A DNA stretch of 32,000 nucleotides from Akkermansia muciniphila ATCC BAA-835 (GCF_000020225.1 NC_010655.1:2490001-2522000), one strand, 5' to 3'. Shown: positions 17,592 to 27,875, counted from the stretch's first letter. Translations and numbers: made by a program. Notes: generated by a model not told the origin, from the sequence alone.

Positions 17592-17823
17592 CAATCCACG
17601 CACTCCTTACGGAGTGCGACGGATGTTGTGACGGCCAGACAAGCAACGAGCAATAGTTTCAATCCACGCACTCCTTGCGGAGTGCGACTTTCTATTGTTT
17701 TTATCCTCCGGAATCCGGGGTACAGGTTTCAATCCACGCACTCCTTGCGGAGTGCGACATAATATGACCATTGTAGCTGATAATATATGGGGGTTTCAAT
17801 CCACGCACTCATGAGAGTGCGAC
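17588..17823 (-). CRISPR. orphan CRISPR mini-array, 4 repeats / 3 spacers, subtype I-C-like repeat
   Basis: Repeats lie at 17588-17620, 17656-17688, 17726-17758 (33 nt each) and 17793-17823 (31 nt). Spacers are 35, 37 and 34 nt. The minus-strand consensus GTCGCACTCCGCAAGGAGTGCGTGGATTGAAAC has an 8-bp hairpin and the ATTGAAAC 3' end typical of I-C repeats, which sets the orientation. No cas genes occur in the window. Confidence 0.85.
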
Positions 17824-18221
17824 TCCTGGGCGTCTATGGCACTGATTATCAACAGTGCAACGGGCGTTTTGCGCCAACCTCCCATGGGAGGTACAAAGAT
17901 TCCAGGTCGTAAAAAGAGATGATAGTTGTCAAGATCAGAACCCCAACGGATTACGAAAATCGCCGGTATTCCGGAAATTTCCTGTGAGCTTGGGGTCGGC
18001 GGAAGGAAGACCGGGAGAGGAGCTTTTCATACGTTAAAAAGCCCGCATCTCCGGCAACCAAGGCCTGTGCACGATGCGGAAACATCCTAGCCTGTTCCCT
18101 CTTTCCCGTCCAGAATTTTGTAGGACTCTCCCCGGAAACCGTTTTATTCTGTTTTCCACAAAAGAAGAGGCACCCCGGGATAGCCGTGGTCCCGAAGCGC
18201 CCTGCGGAAAATATCCGCGGT

Positions 18222-19376
18222 TTACATGATGCTTTTGCGCGTCCACCTGTTCAGGCTCAACAGCCATACCAACGCCGCGGAGACAGCGGAGGCCAGACAG
18301 GCCATCAACGGAATTTTCACGGCGGAGGGCAGCCCTCCCAGCCCGATGAAGTTCACGAAGTCATAGGAGCACTGGACAAAGAAGAAGTGGCACAGATACA
18401 CGCCGAAAGTAAGCGCCGCCACCTTGCTCAGCACTGGACCAGCCTTGATTCTGAGCCGGCTGACGACGGCAAAGATGGCAAAGGTCATCAGGAATACATT
18501 GATTCCGGAGAAATACCAGAGCACTTCCAGCTTGGAATACTGGCCGGGGAAGTGCTTCTGTGTTTCCAGAAAGCCGAAGAACGTAACGGCAAAACCAATC
18601 AAAAAGAGGGGAATAGTAATGGACAGCGTTTTTTTCCAGCTCCAGGCCAGTGGGTATTTGGTCAGGTAATGCGCCAGCACCATGTATCCCAGGAATCCGG
18701 AAAAGTTATAAAACATACCGTACGGATTCCAATCGCAAACACCCAGAATACCCATGTTGCCGTAATTGCCCTCATAACCCAGTGCCGGAGCAAGCATCTG
18801 GATGTAGGGGAGAGTCATGCTGAATATCCAGATGCCCAGGAAGATTTTCACATCTTTCCTTCTGGCTTGCGTCAGCCACGCGCTCATGATGGGCATGAAG
18901 AGGTACAGGCCTACCAGCATGTATACATACCACAGGGGCGTGGTATCATAGTTGAAGTTGAAGAAGAAGGTATACAGCTTGCCGACGGTGGCACTCCAAG
19001 TATAAGTGTCCATCACGATGTTGGGGCTGGCCGTTTGAACGCCTGCGGCAAAGTATCCGAAGTAGAGCAAGGGAAGCGCCAGTGACCAGACAATGAGCGG
19101 AACCAGCACCCTCTTGAGGCGCCTGGAGTAAAAAGCGCCCATTTCCAAGGTGACGGGAAAAAGCAACACTCCGGAGATCATGACAAACAAAGGCACGCAC
19201 GGCCGTACCAGACTTCCCCAGAAGACAGCGGATTTAAAGTTGAAGGAACCGTCAAAACTTCCAACGAACGGATCACAGCAATGGGCTAGGACAACGAGGA
19301 AGCAGGCCAGAATACGCAGAAAGTCCACCCAGGCGATGTGGCCGCCGCGGGAGTTCAATGATTGGTTGGTGTTCAT
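18222..19376 (-). CDS. membrane acyltransferase family 3 (OatA/Oac-like O-acyltransferase)
   Basis: About 10 TM helices with the N-terminal motif GHIAWVDFLRILACFLVVLAHC typical of Acyl_transf_3. The ORF is open to 19502, with alternative starts at 19406 and 19376 (MNTNQS). The start is uncertain. Confidence 0.82.
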   Translation of the reverse strand: MNTNQSLNSRGGHIAWVDFLRILACFLVVLAHCCDPFVGSFDGSFNFKSAVFWGSLVRPCVPLFVMISGVLLFPVTLEMGAFYSRRLKRVLVPLIVWSLALPLLYFGYFAAGVQTASPNIVMDTYTWSATVGKLYTFFFNFNYDTTPLWYVYMLVGLYLFMPIMSAWLTQARRKDVKIFLGIWIFSMTLPYIQMLAPALGYEGNYGNMGILGVCDWNPYGMFYNFSGFLGYMVLAHYLTKYPLAWSWKKTLSITIPLFLIGFAVTFFGFLETQKHFPGQYSKLEVLWYFSGINVFLMTFAIFAVVSRLRIKAGPVLSKVAALTFGVYLCHFFFVQCSYDFVNFIGLGGLPSAVKIPLMACLASAVSAALVWLLSLNRWTRKSIM

Positions 19377-19840
19377 GGTTACGTGGGAAAAAAAGCGCCG
19401 CGTCATCGCAAACGTTCCTGATAATATACCCGTTTCCCGGAAACGTTCTATCATCAAATGGAGAAAAGAAACAAAAAGCCCCCAATCCCTCCCTCCCGGC
19501 AACAGGGGAAAACTCTTCGGGAAAGCCTGCGCTTCCTGCAGGCTTCCACGCCTCTTCCCCCATAAGAATCACGGAACCTTTTCCTACACCACCGGAATTG
19601 TTCACCGTGAGGCCTGGTGAAAGTTTTCTCATTCGGCGAAGTTCATATTTCATTCAACAGGATACTCCTCTTCCCTCCTTGCAAAGAAAAATTTTTTTCC
19701 TCCTTTCAGTGAAGAGCTATTCCGAAACGGAAGGGGAACACACTCAACACCCATGTTTTCCTTTTGGACCGGCAGGAGGATTTCCCTTCATTTTTATGGC
19801 TAAGATACCCGGAAGCCGGGATTCAGGCCTTCCCTACCCT

Positions 19841-22800
19841 TCACACGCTGTCTGTTTTAAAACTGCCTGGTGGCGGGATGAGATTGCCATAGCGGTGAAC
19901 GGTTTCGGAAACAGACTGTTCCCGGAAATACCCCAGCAGTTCCAACCGTCCATTGGCAAGCACGGGACGGTCCAGTACTTCCACATCCCGGGCACGGGCG
20001 GCATTGGCCAGAGTCTCGGAAATATCTGTTCCACGCAGGAACCGTATGCCTGGAAGGGCTTCCGGCATCCGTCCGATCAATTCCGCTTCCGTTTCCACCG
20101 TCAGGGAAGCATAATAACCATGCATTTTCTGAATCCAGGGGCGGCTCGTCCCTATGCTCAGGTGCAGGAGTACCCCGCACAGTTTCGCCCCCAGCAGCAG
20201 AATGGCGACGTCATCGTCGGACATGTTTTCCACACGGGCCAGAATTCCCTTCACCGGGATATAGCGGAAGGTATTATTTTCTCCGTAAACACGGGAGGGA
20301 TCATGATCCACGCCGAATTCCTCCATCCACCACTTGGCCTGGGAACCAGCTGCGGAACGGATGCGCTTGGCGCAGTCCGGCAGCTCGGAACACAGTTTTT
20401 CCACCAGTCCGGAGATACGTTCACCCGGCGTGCGCAGCTTTTGGGGCAGCGCCTTTTCCTCCCAACTTCCCAGCATGGTAAGGTAGTTGGGACCTCCGGC
20501 CTTGGCTCCAGGCCCCATGGAGGAATGGTTCCACCCGCCGAACGGCTGGCGGCGGACAATGGCGCCGGTGATGACACGGTTGATGTACGCGTTGCCCACC
20601 TGCACTTTAGTTTTCCACAAGGCAATTTCCCGTTCATCCAGGGACTGAAGGCCGCCGGTAAGGCCAAATTCGGAGTCGTTTTGGATGTCAATGGCTTCCT
20701 CCAGGTTTTCCGCACGGATGATTCCCAATACCGGACCGAAGCATTCCGTCTGATGGAACCAGCTTCCCGGTTTCACCCCCAGCCGGATGCCGGGAGACCA
20801 GAGGCACGGGTTGTCTTCCGAAGGTTCCGGCTTGAGCAGCCATTCCTCCCCGGGTTCCAGCTGCGTCAGCGCACGGAGCAGATTCCCTTCCGGCTCCCTG
20901 ATGAGCGGCGTCACCACGGAGTTGACTTCCCAGGATCCGCCTACCTTCAGGCTGGCGGCGGCATCCTTCAACTGACGCAAAAAGGCGGGATTGTCATAAA
21001 CGGAAGCCTCCACAATAGCCACGCTGGCGGCGGAACACTTCTGTCCGGAATGACCGAAAGCGCTTTTCACCAAATCCTTTACAGCCTGGTCCGGATCAGC
21101 CGTAGCAGTGATGATCATGGCATCCTTTCCGCTGGTTTCAGCCAGCACATGCAGGTCAGGCCGCAGTTCGCGCAGCATTTTTCCGGTGCGGTAGGATCCC
21201 GTCATGATCACACCGTTCAAACGGGGATCCATCAGAAACTTGCAGGAAATTTCATTGCGCGGCATCGGCACGAATTGAAGGACGTTTTTAGGCACACCGG
21301 CACGCCAGAACGCCTGGACAATCTGCCAAGCCGTATAAACGGCCAGTTCGGACGGTTTGAACACCACGGCATTTCCCGCCATCAGGGCGGCAGCTACACC
21401 GCCCGTCGGAATGGCGAAGGGGAAATTCCAGGGAGACATCACGCAAATGATACCCAGCGGGGACATTTCCACGCCGTCGTTCATTCCGTCGCGGTCCAAG
21501 CCTTCCGCGTAATAGCGGCAGAAGTCTATGGCCTCGCTCACCTCCACATCAGCCTCCGTGGGAGCTTTCCCGGCATCCCTCACCATGGCAGCAATGGCTT
21601 CCCCCCTGATTCTGGACAGCTCCTGCGCCGCCCGGTGCAGGATTTCAGCGCGTTCGCCAATGCTTTTGGACGCCCAGGAGGAGCGGACCCTGTCTGCCGT
21701 GACCAAGGCATGTTCAACCTGGTCAAAATCCGCATAAGCGAATTTATAGGAAACTTCATTATGGCGGGACGGATCGCGCCCCACGCCCCATAGATTAGTC
21801 GTAATTTCCTCACCATCTATAACCAGAGGGATTTCCTCGCCGGATTTTTCCTTCTCCGCGGCAATCAGCCCGTTGATCCATTCCGCATTCTGCCGCAGGG
21901 ACCAGTCCGTATCCCGCTCGTTGGCAAAGGCGTCCCGGTAATGTGAGGGCTGGATGGGATCCGCAGCGCGGTTCTGCGTGCGGTTGGGGCCGTACTTCAC
22001 CTCATCCTTTTCCTGACAAGCCTTCAAAAACCTCTTTTTCTGGACCTCCCAGCTCCGGGACCCCGGTGTCATACCGAAGAGATCATGCAGGAAGTTCTCC
22101 TCACTGGTATTTTCATCCAGTCTCCGGACCAGGTAGGCAATAGCGCTGTGAAAATCTTCCTTCAAAACCACAGGGGCATAAAGGAGCAGACCGTCCGCCG
22201 CCTGGCGGATGACCCGCGCCTGATGGTTCGCCATCCCTTCCAGCATTTCGAATTCCACCTGGTCACGCACGCCTTCCCGCTCACGCAGCAGCATGGCATA
22301 ACACAAATCAAACAGGTTGTGGGAAGCTACGCCGAACTGCACATATCTGGCATTATCCGGCATGCAGCCGTAATGGAGCATTCTCTTGTAATTGGCATCC
22401 ACCTGGGCTTTCGTGCCATACGGGGCCTGCGCCCAGCCATGCATGGAGGCCTCCACCTTCTCCATCGCCAGGTTGGCGCCTTTCACCAGGCGTATTTTGA
22501 TGCGCGCCCCCCCCTGCTCCACGCGTTCCTTCGCCCAGGCGCACAGCTTCATCTGCTCCTCCCAGGAATCCGGCAAATAGGCCTGGAGCACAATCCCCGC
22601 CTCCAGCTGCATGAATTCATCCTCCATCAACGTACGTTTGAACGCTTCCGCCGTCAGATGAAGATCACGGTATTCCTCCATATCCAGATTCACGAACTTG
22701 GGCTTTCTGGAACCGTCCGGCAACGTTACCGCATTGGTAATGGCCGCCCGGTACAGGATGCGCAGGCGCTCCTGAATCAATTTGACGGTTTCTTCAAAGG

Positions 22801-23422
22801 CTACCAGATGAATCTGGCTGAAAATGGCTGAAATCTTGACGGAAATATAGTCACAGTCCTTGTCTGTCAGCCGGTCCACGACCTGCTGAAGACGGTGGTG
22901 CGCCTCGCTTTCACCCAGAATGGCCTCTCCCAGCTGGTTGATATTCATCCGGATGCCGCCCTTGCGCCTGCGGCGCAGGTGGGGGCGCAGTTTTCCATCC
23001 TCGGCAGGAAGAATTACATTGGAGCTCTCCTTTCTCAACTGGCTGGTAATCACGGGCATGACCACACCCGGAAATTGAGCGGAAAACCTCCCCCCCATTT
23101 TTATGGCGAAACGGTCCGCCGCAGACAAATAACGGGGAACGCCATATCCGTCCAAAAGATAGCGGAACAACTCAGCACCCCGCACCGGAGAAGAAGGACG
23201 GAACACACGATCCGCCAGTGCCAGCGTAAACGCCTTGCCCGCCGGATCATTCATCATGCGCTCCATTTGCTGCGCCTGCCTCTTCTCTTTCCCTCTCATC
23301 CCGGCATTCGACTGCTTTAAAATGGACTCCGCCAGTTCCACAGCCTTGGCGGCCAGTTGCTGGTCAGTCCATTGGCCTCGGCGAGCCTCCGCCATCATGT
23401 CCGGGATGGATGAATCTGTCAT
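19841..23422 (-). CDS. putA: bifunctional proline dehydrogenase / L-glutamate gamma-semialdehyde (P5C) dehydrogenase
   Basis: About 1190 aa. The N-terminal half is a PRODH barrel and the C-terminal half an ALDH domain with FGHSGQKCSAAS (catalytic Cys). The ORF is open to 23500; ATG 23422 (MTDSSIPD) is preferred. Confidence 0.93.
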   Translation of the reverse strand: MTDSSIPDMMAEARRGQWTDQQLAAKAVELAESILKQSNAGMRGKEKRQAQQMERMMNDPAGKAFTLALADRVFRPSSPVRGAELFRYLLDGYGVPRYLSAADRFAIKMGGRFSAQFPGVVMPVITSQLRKESSNVILPAEDGKLRPHLRRRRKGGIRMNINQLGEAILGESEAHHRLQQVVDRLTDKDCDYISVKISAIFSQIHLVAFEETVKLIQERLRILYRAAITNAVTLPDGSRKPKFVNLDMEEYRDLHLTAEAFKRTLMEDEFMQLEAGIVLQAYLPDSWEEQMKLCAWAKERVEQGGARIKIRLVKGANLAMEKVEASMHGWAQAPYGTKAQVDANYKRMLHYGCMPDNARYVQFGVASHNLFDLCYAMLLREREGVRDQVEFEMLEGMANHQARVIRQAADGLLLYAPVVLKEDFHSAIAYLVRRLDENTSEENFLHDLFGMTPGSRSWEVQKKRFLKACQEKDEVKYGPNRTQNRAADPIQPSHYRDAFANERDTDWSLRQNAEWINGLIAAEKEKSGEEIPLVIDGEEITTNLWGVGRDPSRHNEVSYKFAYADFDQVEHALVTADRVRSSWASKSIGERAEILHRAAQELSRIRGEAIAAMVRDAGKAPTEADVEVSEAIDFCRYYAEGLDRDGMNDGVEMSPLGIICVMSPWNFPFAIPTGGVAAALMAGNAVVFKPSELAVYTAWQIVQAFWRAGVPKNVLQFVPMPRNEISCKFLMDPRLNGVIMTGSYRTGKMLRELRPDLHVLAETSGKDAMIITATADPDQAVKDLVKSAFGHSGQKCSAASVAIVEASVYDNPAFLRQLKDAAASLKVGGSWEVNSVVTPLIREPEGNLLRALTQLEPGEEWLLKPEPSEDNPCLWSPGIRLGVKPGSWFHQTECFGPVLGIIRAENLEEAIDIQNDSEFGLTGGLQSLDEREIALWKTKVQVGNAYINRVITGAIVRRQPFGGWNHSSMGPGAKAGGPNYLTMLGSWEEKALPQKLRTPGERISGLVEKLCSELPDCAKRIRSAAGSQAKWWMEEFGVDHDPSRVYGENNTFRYIPVKGILARVENMSDDDVAILLLGAKLCGVLLHLSIGTSRPWIQKMHGYYASLTVETEAELIGRMPEALPGIRFLRGTDISETLANAARARDVEVLDRPVLANGRLELLGYFREQSVSETVHRYGNLIPPPGSFKTDSV

Positions 23423-23580
23423 AACGGTTCGAAGACTAGCCCCGGACAGGGGCAAAATCAAGCCAATTTGCCCGGTCCTTCCTGTGGAAAGAGGAATCAC
23501 GGAGGAAAACGCATCCCTTGATTCCGTGACGGAAGCAGGGGGGCCTTCCTGTCCATTTCCGGCAACTCAGGAAAGACACA

Positions 23581-24576
23581 TCAATCATACCGCGCAGCCG
23601 CCAGACGGGCTCTTCTCAGCTCTTCCCTGAGCTGGTGCGCCCGTCTGCCGCAAACGCTGGAACGGTTCATGTCCCGGACCTCTTCCAAAACCGCAACCGC
23701 CTGGTTGAAGGCATCCTCGCTTTCCGGAGTGTGGGCTTCCCGGTACAGAACCTTTTCCAGCCGCACCCAGAGGGGATGCACCATGGAGAGCAGAATTAAC
23801 TGGCGCTCCTCCACGGATAACGAGGGGTCATCCGCGCAGGTACGCCATGCTTCCAGGCATGTTCGTATGGAAGAAGCTTTGCTGGCCCGGAAAGACTCGC
23901 CAAGCAATTCAGCCGTTTTCCTGTTTTTCTCCAGACGAAGGGCCGCCTCCCGGGCGTTCAGAAAAGCCGGAACCGTACAGTTCAATTTTTCCAGACGCTT
24001 CATGGTGCCAGGATAATCCCGGAACCAGGCTTCCGGAGGCACCTGTTCCAGCTCCCGGCAAATGGCGGAGGCTTCTGCCGCAGGGTCCCCGCCCTTCGGA
24101 ATATCATTCACCCGCGTCACCGGCCGCACGCGCTGCGCTTTTTCCGCAAGCAGGGACACTTTTTCCCGTAGGGAAGCTGCAGAGGCCCCTCCTTCCACCA
24201 GGTCGAATACACGTCCCTTGGAGTCAAGAAAAACCACGGAAGGCAGCATGCGCACACCATGCATCACCGCACGGGACAGGCTGCCGTCTTCTTCCCAATC
24301 CTTCACGGAAGGATGTCTGGGAACCGTGACAAACTGCACGTCACGCACATATTCATCCAGCGCGCGGCGTTCTTCCGTGCCCGGCTGGAGAGCTTTCAAC
24401 CAACGGGCTTCCGCTGAACCGGGTTCCTCTGAACCGTACACAACCAGAACAGGGGAGGGAAGGGAGGGAGCCGCAGAACAGGAGACGGAAAGGGCATCCA
24501 TTTCCGCACGTCCCGGAAACGCCAGCGCCAAAAACGCAATGACCGCTAAAGCCCTCATGAATAAACTGCCATCCAT
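23581..24576 (-). CDS. secreted hypothetical protein with a thioredoxin-like fold lacking CxxC
   Basis: Signal peptide MRALAVIAFLALAFPGRAE. VLVVYGSEEPGS...MLPSVVFLDSKGRVFDLVEG resembles a thioredoxin fold but has no redox Cys pair, and the C-terminal half is helical. The start overlaps the upstream stop (TGATG). Confidence 0.45.
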   Translation of the reverse strand: MDGSLFMRALAVIAFLALAFPGRAEMDALSVSCSAAPSLPSPVLVVYGSEEPGSAEARWLKALQPGTEERRALDEYVRDVQFVTVPRHPSVKDWEEDGSLSRAVMHGVRMLPSVVFLDSKGRVFDLVEGGASAASLREKVSLLAEKAQRVRPVTRVNDIPKGGDPAAEASAICRELEQVPPEAWFRDYPGTMKRLEKLNCTVPAFLNAREAALRLEKNRKTAELLGESFRASKASSIRTCLEAWRTCADDPSLSVEERQLILLSMVHPLWVRLEKVLYREAHTPESEDAFNQAVAVLEEVRDMNRSSVCGRRAHQLREELRRARLAAARYD

Positions 24577-25025
24577 CAGCCCTTTCTGATGGTAATGCGC
24601 TTGTAACGGCTGTCCCCTTCTTCGGACTCCGTCACAATTCCTTCCATGGACTGAAGGGCATTATGCACCAGGCGGCGGTGGTAGGCATTCAACGGAGGCA
24701 TCTTCATCGGCTTGCCGCTCTCCTGGACGCGTTCGGCCAGGGAACGGGCCTTTTCCAGCAAACGGGCTTCGTTGCGCTCCCGGTAATGGTCGCAATCCAC
24801 CTTCACGCGGGGAGCATCTTCCATCTTGCGCTGAATCATGCGGTTGACCAGATACTGAAGGTCATCCAGCCTGTCCCCGTCCCCTCCAATGATATACTGT
24901 GAATCCGGGGAGGAAATATTCAGGCACACGATGCCGTCCGTTTCCGTTACTTCGATATCCGCAGAAAACCCCAGCGAAGCCAGAAGGCTCTTCAAACTCT
25001 GTTCAGCTATTTCTTGCACCGTCAT
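24576..25025 (-). CDS. KH + R3H RNA-binding protein (Jag/KhpB-like, short form)
   Basis: PPLNAYHRRLVHNALQSMEGIVTESEEGDSRYKRITI is an R3H domain. The preceding segment VCLNISSPDSQYIIGGDGDRLDDLQYLVNRM is KH-like. Confidence 0.72.
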   Translation of the reverse strand: MTVQEIAEQSLKSLLASLGFSADIEVTETDGIVCLNISSPDSQYIIGGDGDRLDDLQYLVNRMIQRKMEDAPRVKVDCDHYRERNEARLLEKARSLAERVQESGKPMKMPPLNAYHRRLVHNALQSMEGIVTESEEGDSRYKRITIRKG

Positions 25026-25462
25026 TACTTTAAATTAATAGGAAAAGGGTTCCATACCGGAAAACCGCCTCGCGCCGGACGGTGCGAGCCTTTTCTCCAA
25101 TACCCGATTGACATAAAAATCATAACCTATTTATTCCCCTCGTCTATGAAAATTTGTGGAAGCTCCGTTCCATATCATGTACGCAATACCGTCCCTGCCC
25201 TGCCTTCCGGCAACACGGTTCCGTTCCTCCTTCGGAACCAGATGCAGGAAACACCGCTCAGAAAGGAGGCGACTGTTTTCTGCCTGCCCGCGGCCGTACC
25301 CCGGTTATCTCCGCTTCTCCCTGCCGCCAATGAAACATGGAATACAGACATCCACAGCCATGCCAATCAAAAAGGCATCTCCGCACAGCCCGTTCTTTAT
25401 TACATAAAATCTTAAATAACAGTTTCTATAAAAAAATTTTCATCAGCTCCGGAGAAATACTG

Positions 25463-27805
25463 ATGACAAAACAGGACGGAACATCCCCGGAAAAAGGGAA
25501 GTCGAACTATTACCCACATAGAAAAATCCGGTCCCTCATGAACAAGCCAATGAAAAAAAAGAAACCGCCCATGGAAGACAGCGCCGCCCCTTTTCCCAAT
25601 GGAAAAGAAGCTGCTCCCCATTATACGGATACAATTGATCCGGAATTGATCAAACCCACTCCAAAACCTACGCCGCCCAATGCGGAACCTTCCGCGCCCG
25701 GTTCCATGAAGATGCCGGATAACGCTACGGAAAAAATCAGGGAGCTGGATGCCATGCGCTCCAACGGCATGGGACAGGCCCTCACAAGCAACCTGGGAGT
25801 TAAAATATCCGATGATCAAAACACACTTAAAGCAGGAAGCAGAGGCCCCTCTCTGCTTGAAGACTTCCACTTTCTGGAGAAAATGGCTCATTTTGACCAG
25901 GAGCGGATACCGGAACGCGTGGTTCACGCAAGAGGTTCCGGGGCACATGGTTATTTTCAGGTGTACAAATCCCTTTCCAAGTACACCAAAGCGGCTTTTT
26001 TGCAGGATCCGGGAGAAAAAACCCCGGTCTTTGTGCGTTTTTCCACCGTGCAGGGCTTCAGAGGATCTCCGGATACAGTAAGGGATATCCGCGGTTGGGC
26101 TACCAAATTCTATACCAAGGAAGGCAACTATGATCTGGTAGGCAATAACACGCCCGTCTTCTTCATTCAGGATGCCATCAAATTTCCGGATTTCGTTCAT
26201 GCCGTCAAACCGGAACCCCACAATGAAATGCCCCAGGGGCAGACGGCCCATGACTCTTTCTGGGACTACGTCTCCCTGCAGCCGGAAACTCTGCATAACG
26301 TCATGTGGGCCATGTCGGACCGCGGCATCCCCAGAAGCTTCCGTACGATGGAAGGGTTCGGCATCCATACGTACAAACTGGTCAATGAAGAAGGAAAAAG
26401 CACTTTCGTCCGTTTCCACTGGAAACCGGTGTACGGGAAAAAATCCCTGGTGTGGGATGAAGCCCAGGTATTGACAGGACGCGATCCTGACTTCCACCGC
26501 AAGGATCTCTGGCAATCCATTGAAGCCGGAGATTATCCGGAATACGAGCTGGGTCTGCAGCTCATCCCGGAAGAAGACGCAGACCAGCTCGACTTCGATA
26601 TTCTGGACGCTACCAAGCTCATTCCGGAAGCTCTGGTTCCCGTGGAAATCGTCGGGAAAATGGTGCTGAACCGCAACCCGGACAACTTTTTTGCGGAAAC
26701 GGAACAGGTAGCCTTCTGCCCCGCCAATATCGTGCCGGGCATTGATTTTTCAGACGATCCGCTGCTCCAGGGCCGTATTTTCTCTTACAGCGATACCCAG
26801 CGGCACCGGCTGGGAGGAGCCAATTTCACGGAAATTCCCATCAACCGCCCCATTTGCCCCTTCCACAACAACCAGAGGGACGGCTTCCACCGTATGCAGA
26901 TAGACGCCTCTCCGGCCAACTATGATCCCAATTCCATCGGGAACAACTGGCCGAGAGAAACGCCCCCGGAGAAAGGCGGCTTCACCACCAGCCCCCAGAC
27001 GGTAAGCGGTGTCAAGGAACGTCTGCGGAACCCCTCCTTCGCGGAATACTATTCCCACCCCCGGTTGTTCTGGATGAGTCAAACTCCGGTGGAACAGGAG
27101 CACATTATCAACGCGTTCAGCTTTGAGCTGGGCAAGGTGACGCGCCCCTATATTCGGGAACGCGTGGTGGACCTTCTGACACGCATTGATCCGGACCTGG
27201 CAAGCGGAGTGGCCCGCAACCTGGGAATTCAACTCACCAGGGAACAGCTCAGCAGGGAACTTCCCAGGCCCGTCTGCGGCCTGGAACAAGATCCGTCATT
27301 GAGCCTGTATGCCCATACGGACGGCAACCTCAAAGGCCTCCGCGTCTCTTTACTGGCAGCGGACGGCGTCAGCCTGAAATCCGTGAAAGAAATCTGCGAG
27401 GCCCTGCATGAAGAAGGCATCCACCCCCAAATCATTGCCCCGCACATGGGAAGCGTAACAACGGAAGAAGGGGAAGATCTGCCTGTTAACGGGACTCTGT
27501 CCGGCACTCCTTCCGTCCTGTTTGACTCCGTCATCGTCCCGGAAGGAGAACAAAGCATCGCAGCGCTCCTGAAAGACGGAGATGCCAAGTACCATTTGCG
27601 CCAGGCCTACAGGCACCTGAAAGCCATCGGACTGCCCGGCAACGCCAAAGCCATGCTTGAGGCAGCCTCCCTGCCCCAGGATATGGATGATGCCGGACTG
27701 CTCATGCCGAAGGACACCAAATCCCTGATGCCCTCCTTCATCACGGCCATGAAACAGCACCGCGTCTGGAGCCGCGAGCCTAAAACCCTTGATTTCGGCG
27801 CCTAG
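25463..27805 (+). CDS. katE: large-subunit (clade 2, HPII-type) catalase
   Basis: [19 protein letters not shown] (distal His), FDHERIPER-type core, and the N-terminal [18 protein letters not shown] parallels my recollection of E. coli HPII. A C-terminal ~150-aa DJ-1/flavodoxin-like domain is present. The track ORF opens at 25337; ATG 25463 or a later Met is more likely. Confidence 0.93.
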   Translation: MTKQDGTSPEKGKSNYYPHRKIRSLMNKPMKKKKPPMEDSAAPFPNGKEAAPHYTDTIDPELIKPTPKPTPPNAEPSAPGSMKMPDNATEKIRELDAMRSNGMGQALTSNLGVKISDDQNTLKAGSRGPSLLEDFHFLEKMAHFDQERIPERVVHARGSGAHGYFQVYKSLSKYTKAAFLQDPGEKTPVFVRFSTVQGFRGSPDTVRDIRGWATKFYTKEGNYDLVGNNTPVFFIQDAIKFPDFVHAVKPEPHNEMPQGQTAHDSFWDYVSLQPETLHNVMWAMSDRGIPRSFRTMEGFGIHTYKLVNEEGKSTFVRFHWKPVYGKKSLVWDEAQVLTGRDPDFHRKDLWQSIEAGDYPEYELGLQLIPEEDADQLDFDILDATKLIPEALVPVEIVGKMVLNRNPDNFFAETEQVAFCPANIVPGIDFSDDPLLQGRIFSYSDTQRHRLGGANFTEIPINRPICPFHNNQRDGFHRMQIDASPANYDPNSIGNNWPRETPPEKGGFTTSPQTVSGVKERLRNPSFAEYYSHPRLFWMSQTPVEQEHIINAFSFELGKVTRPYIRERVVDLLTRIDPDLASGVARNLGIQLTREQLSRELPRPVCGLEQDPSLSLYAHTDGNLKGLRVSLLAADGVSLKSVKEICEALHEEGIHPQIIAPHMGSVTTEEGEDLPVNGTLSGTPSVLFDSVIVPEGEQSIAALLKDGDAKYHLRQAYRHLKAIGLPGNAKAMLEAASLPQDMDDAGLLMPKDTKSLMPSFITAMKQHRVWSREPKTLDFGA

Positions 27806-27840
27806 ATTCGTTCCTTATTCAGGAACCGCTTCCCAATACA

Positions 27841-27875
27841 GGCTGCCCCGTCGAAAGGCGCGGCAGCCGTTTTTA
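27841..27875 (+). terminator. rho-independent terminator of katE
   Basis: GGCTGCC...GGCAGCC stem (extendable, with one mismatch) followed by GTTTTTATT, 36 nt after the stop. Confidence 0.65.

Noticed and set aside
17535-17762. 75-aa ORF with internally repeated peptide (FQSTHSLRSAT)
   Set aside because: It is simply the translation of the CRISPR repeats. The peptide repeat mirrors the 33-nt DNA repeat.
17621-17792. Possible self-targeting of the three CRISPR spacers against the adjacent phage genes
   Set aside because: I found no match to either strand of the window by eye. A computational search is needed before any claim.
19503-19840. Hairpins AAGCCTGC-N7-GCAGGCTT (~19526-19548) and CCCGG-AAG-CCGGG (~19809-19821) between the acyltransferase gene and putA
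   Set aside because: Neither is followed by a T-run on the relevant strand. They are too short and generic to call a terminator or att site.
19358-21793. 811-aa ORF antisense to putA
   Set aside because: Same artefact: Gly/Arg/His/Pro-rich translation with no recognisable domains, whereas the opposite strand encodes a textbook PutA.
25026-25462. A ~435-bp katE / khpB-like divergent intergenic region with a consensus -35 TTGACA (25108-25113, possible -10 TTTATT after 16 nt), a 7-bp hairpin at ~25217-25239, and ORFs of 83 and 133 aa
   Set aside because: The ORFs have implausible composition. The promoter-like hexamers and the hairpin (no U-run) are too weak on their own to claim a long regulatory leader or sRNA. 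This would need TSS mapping.
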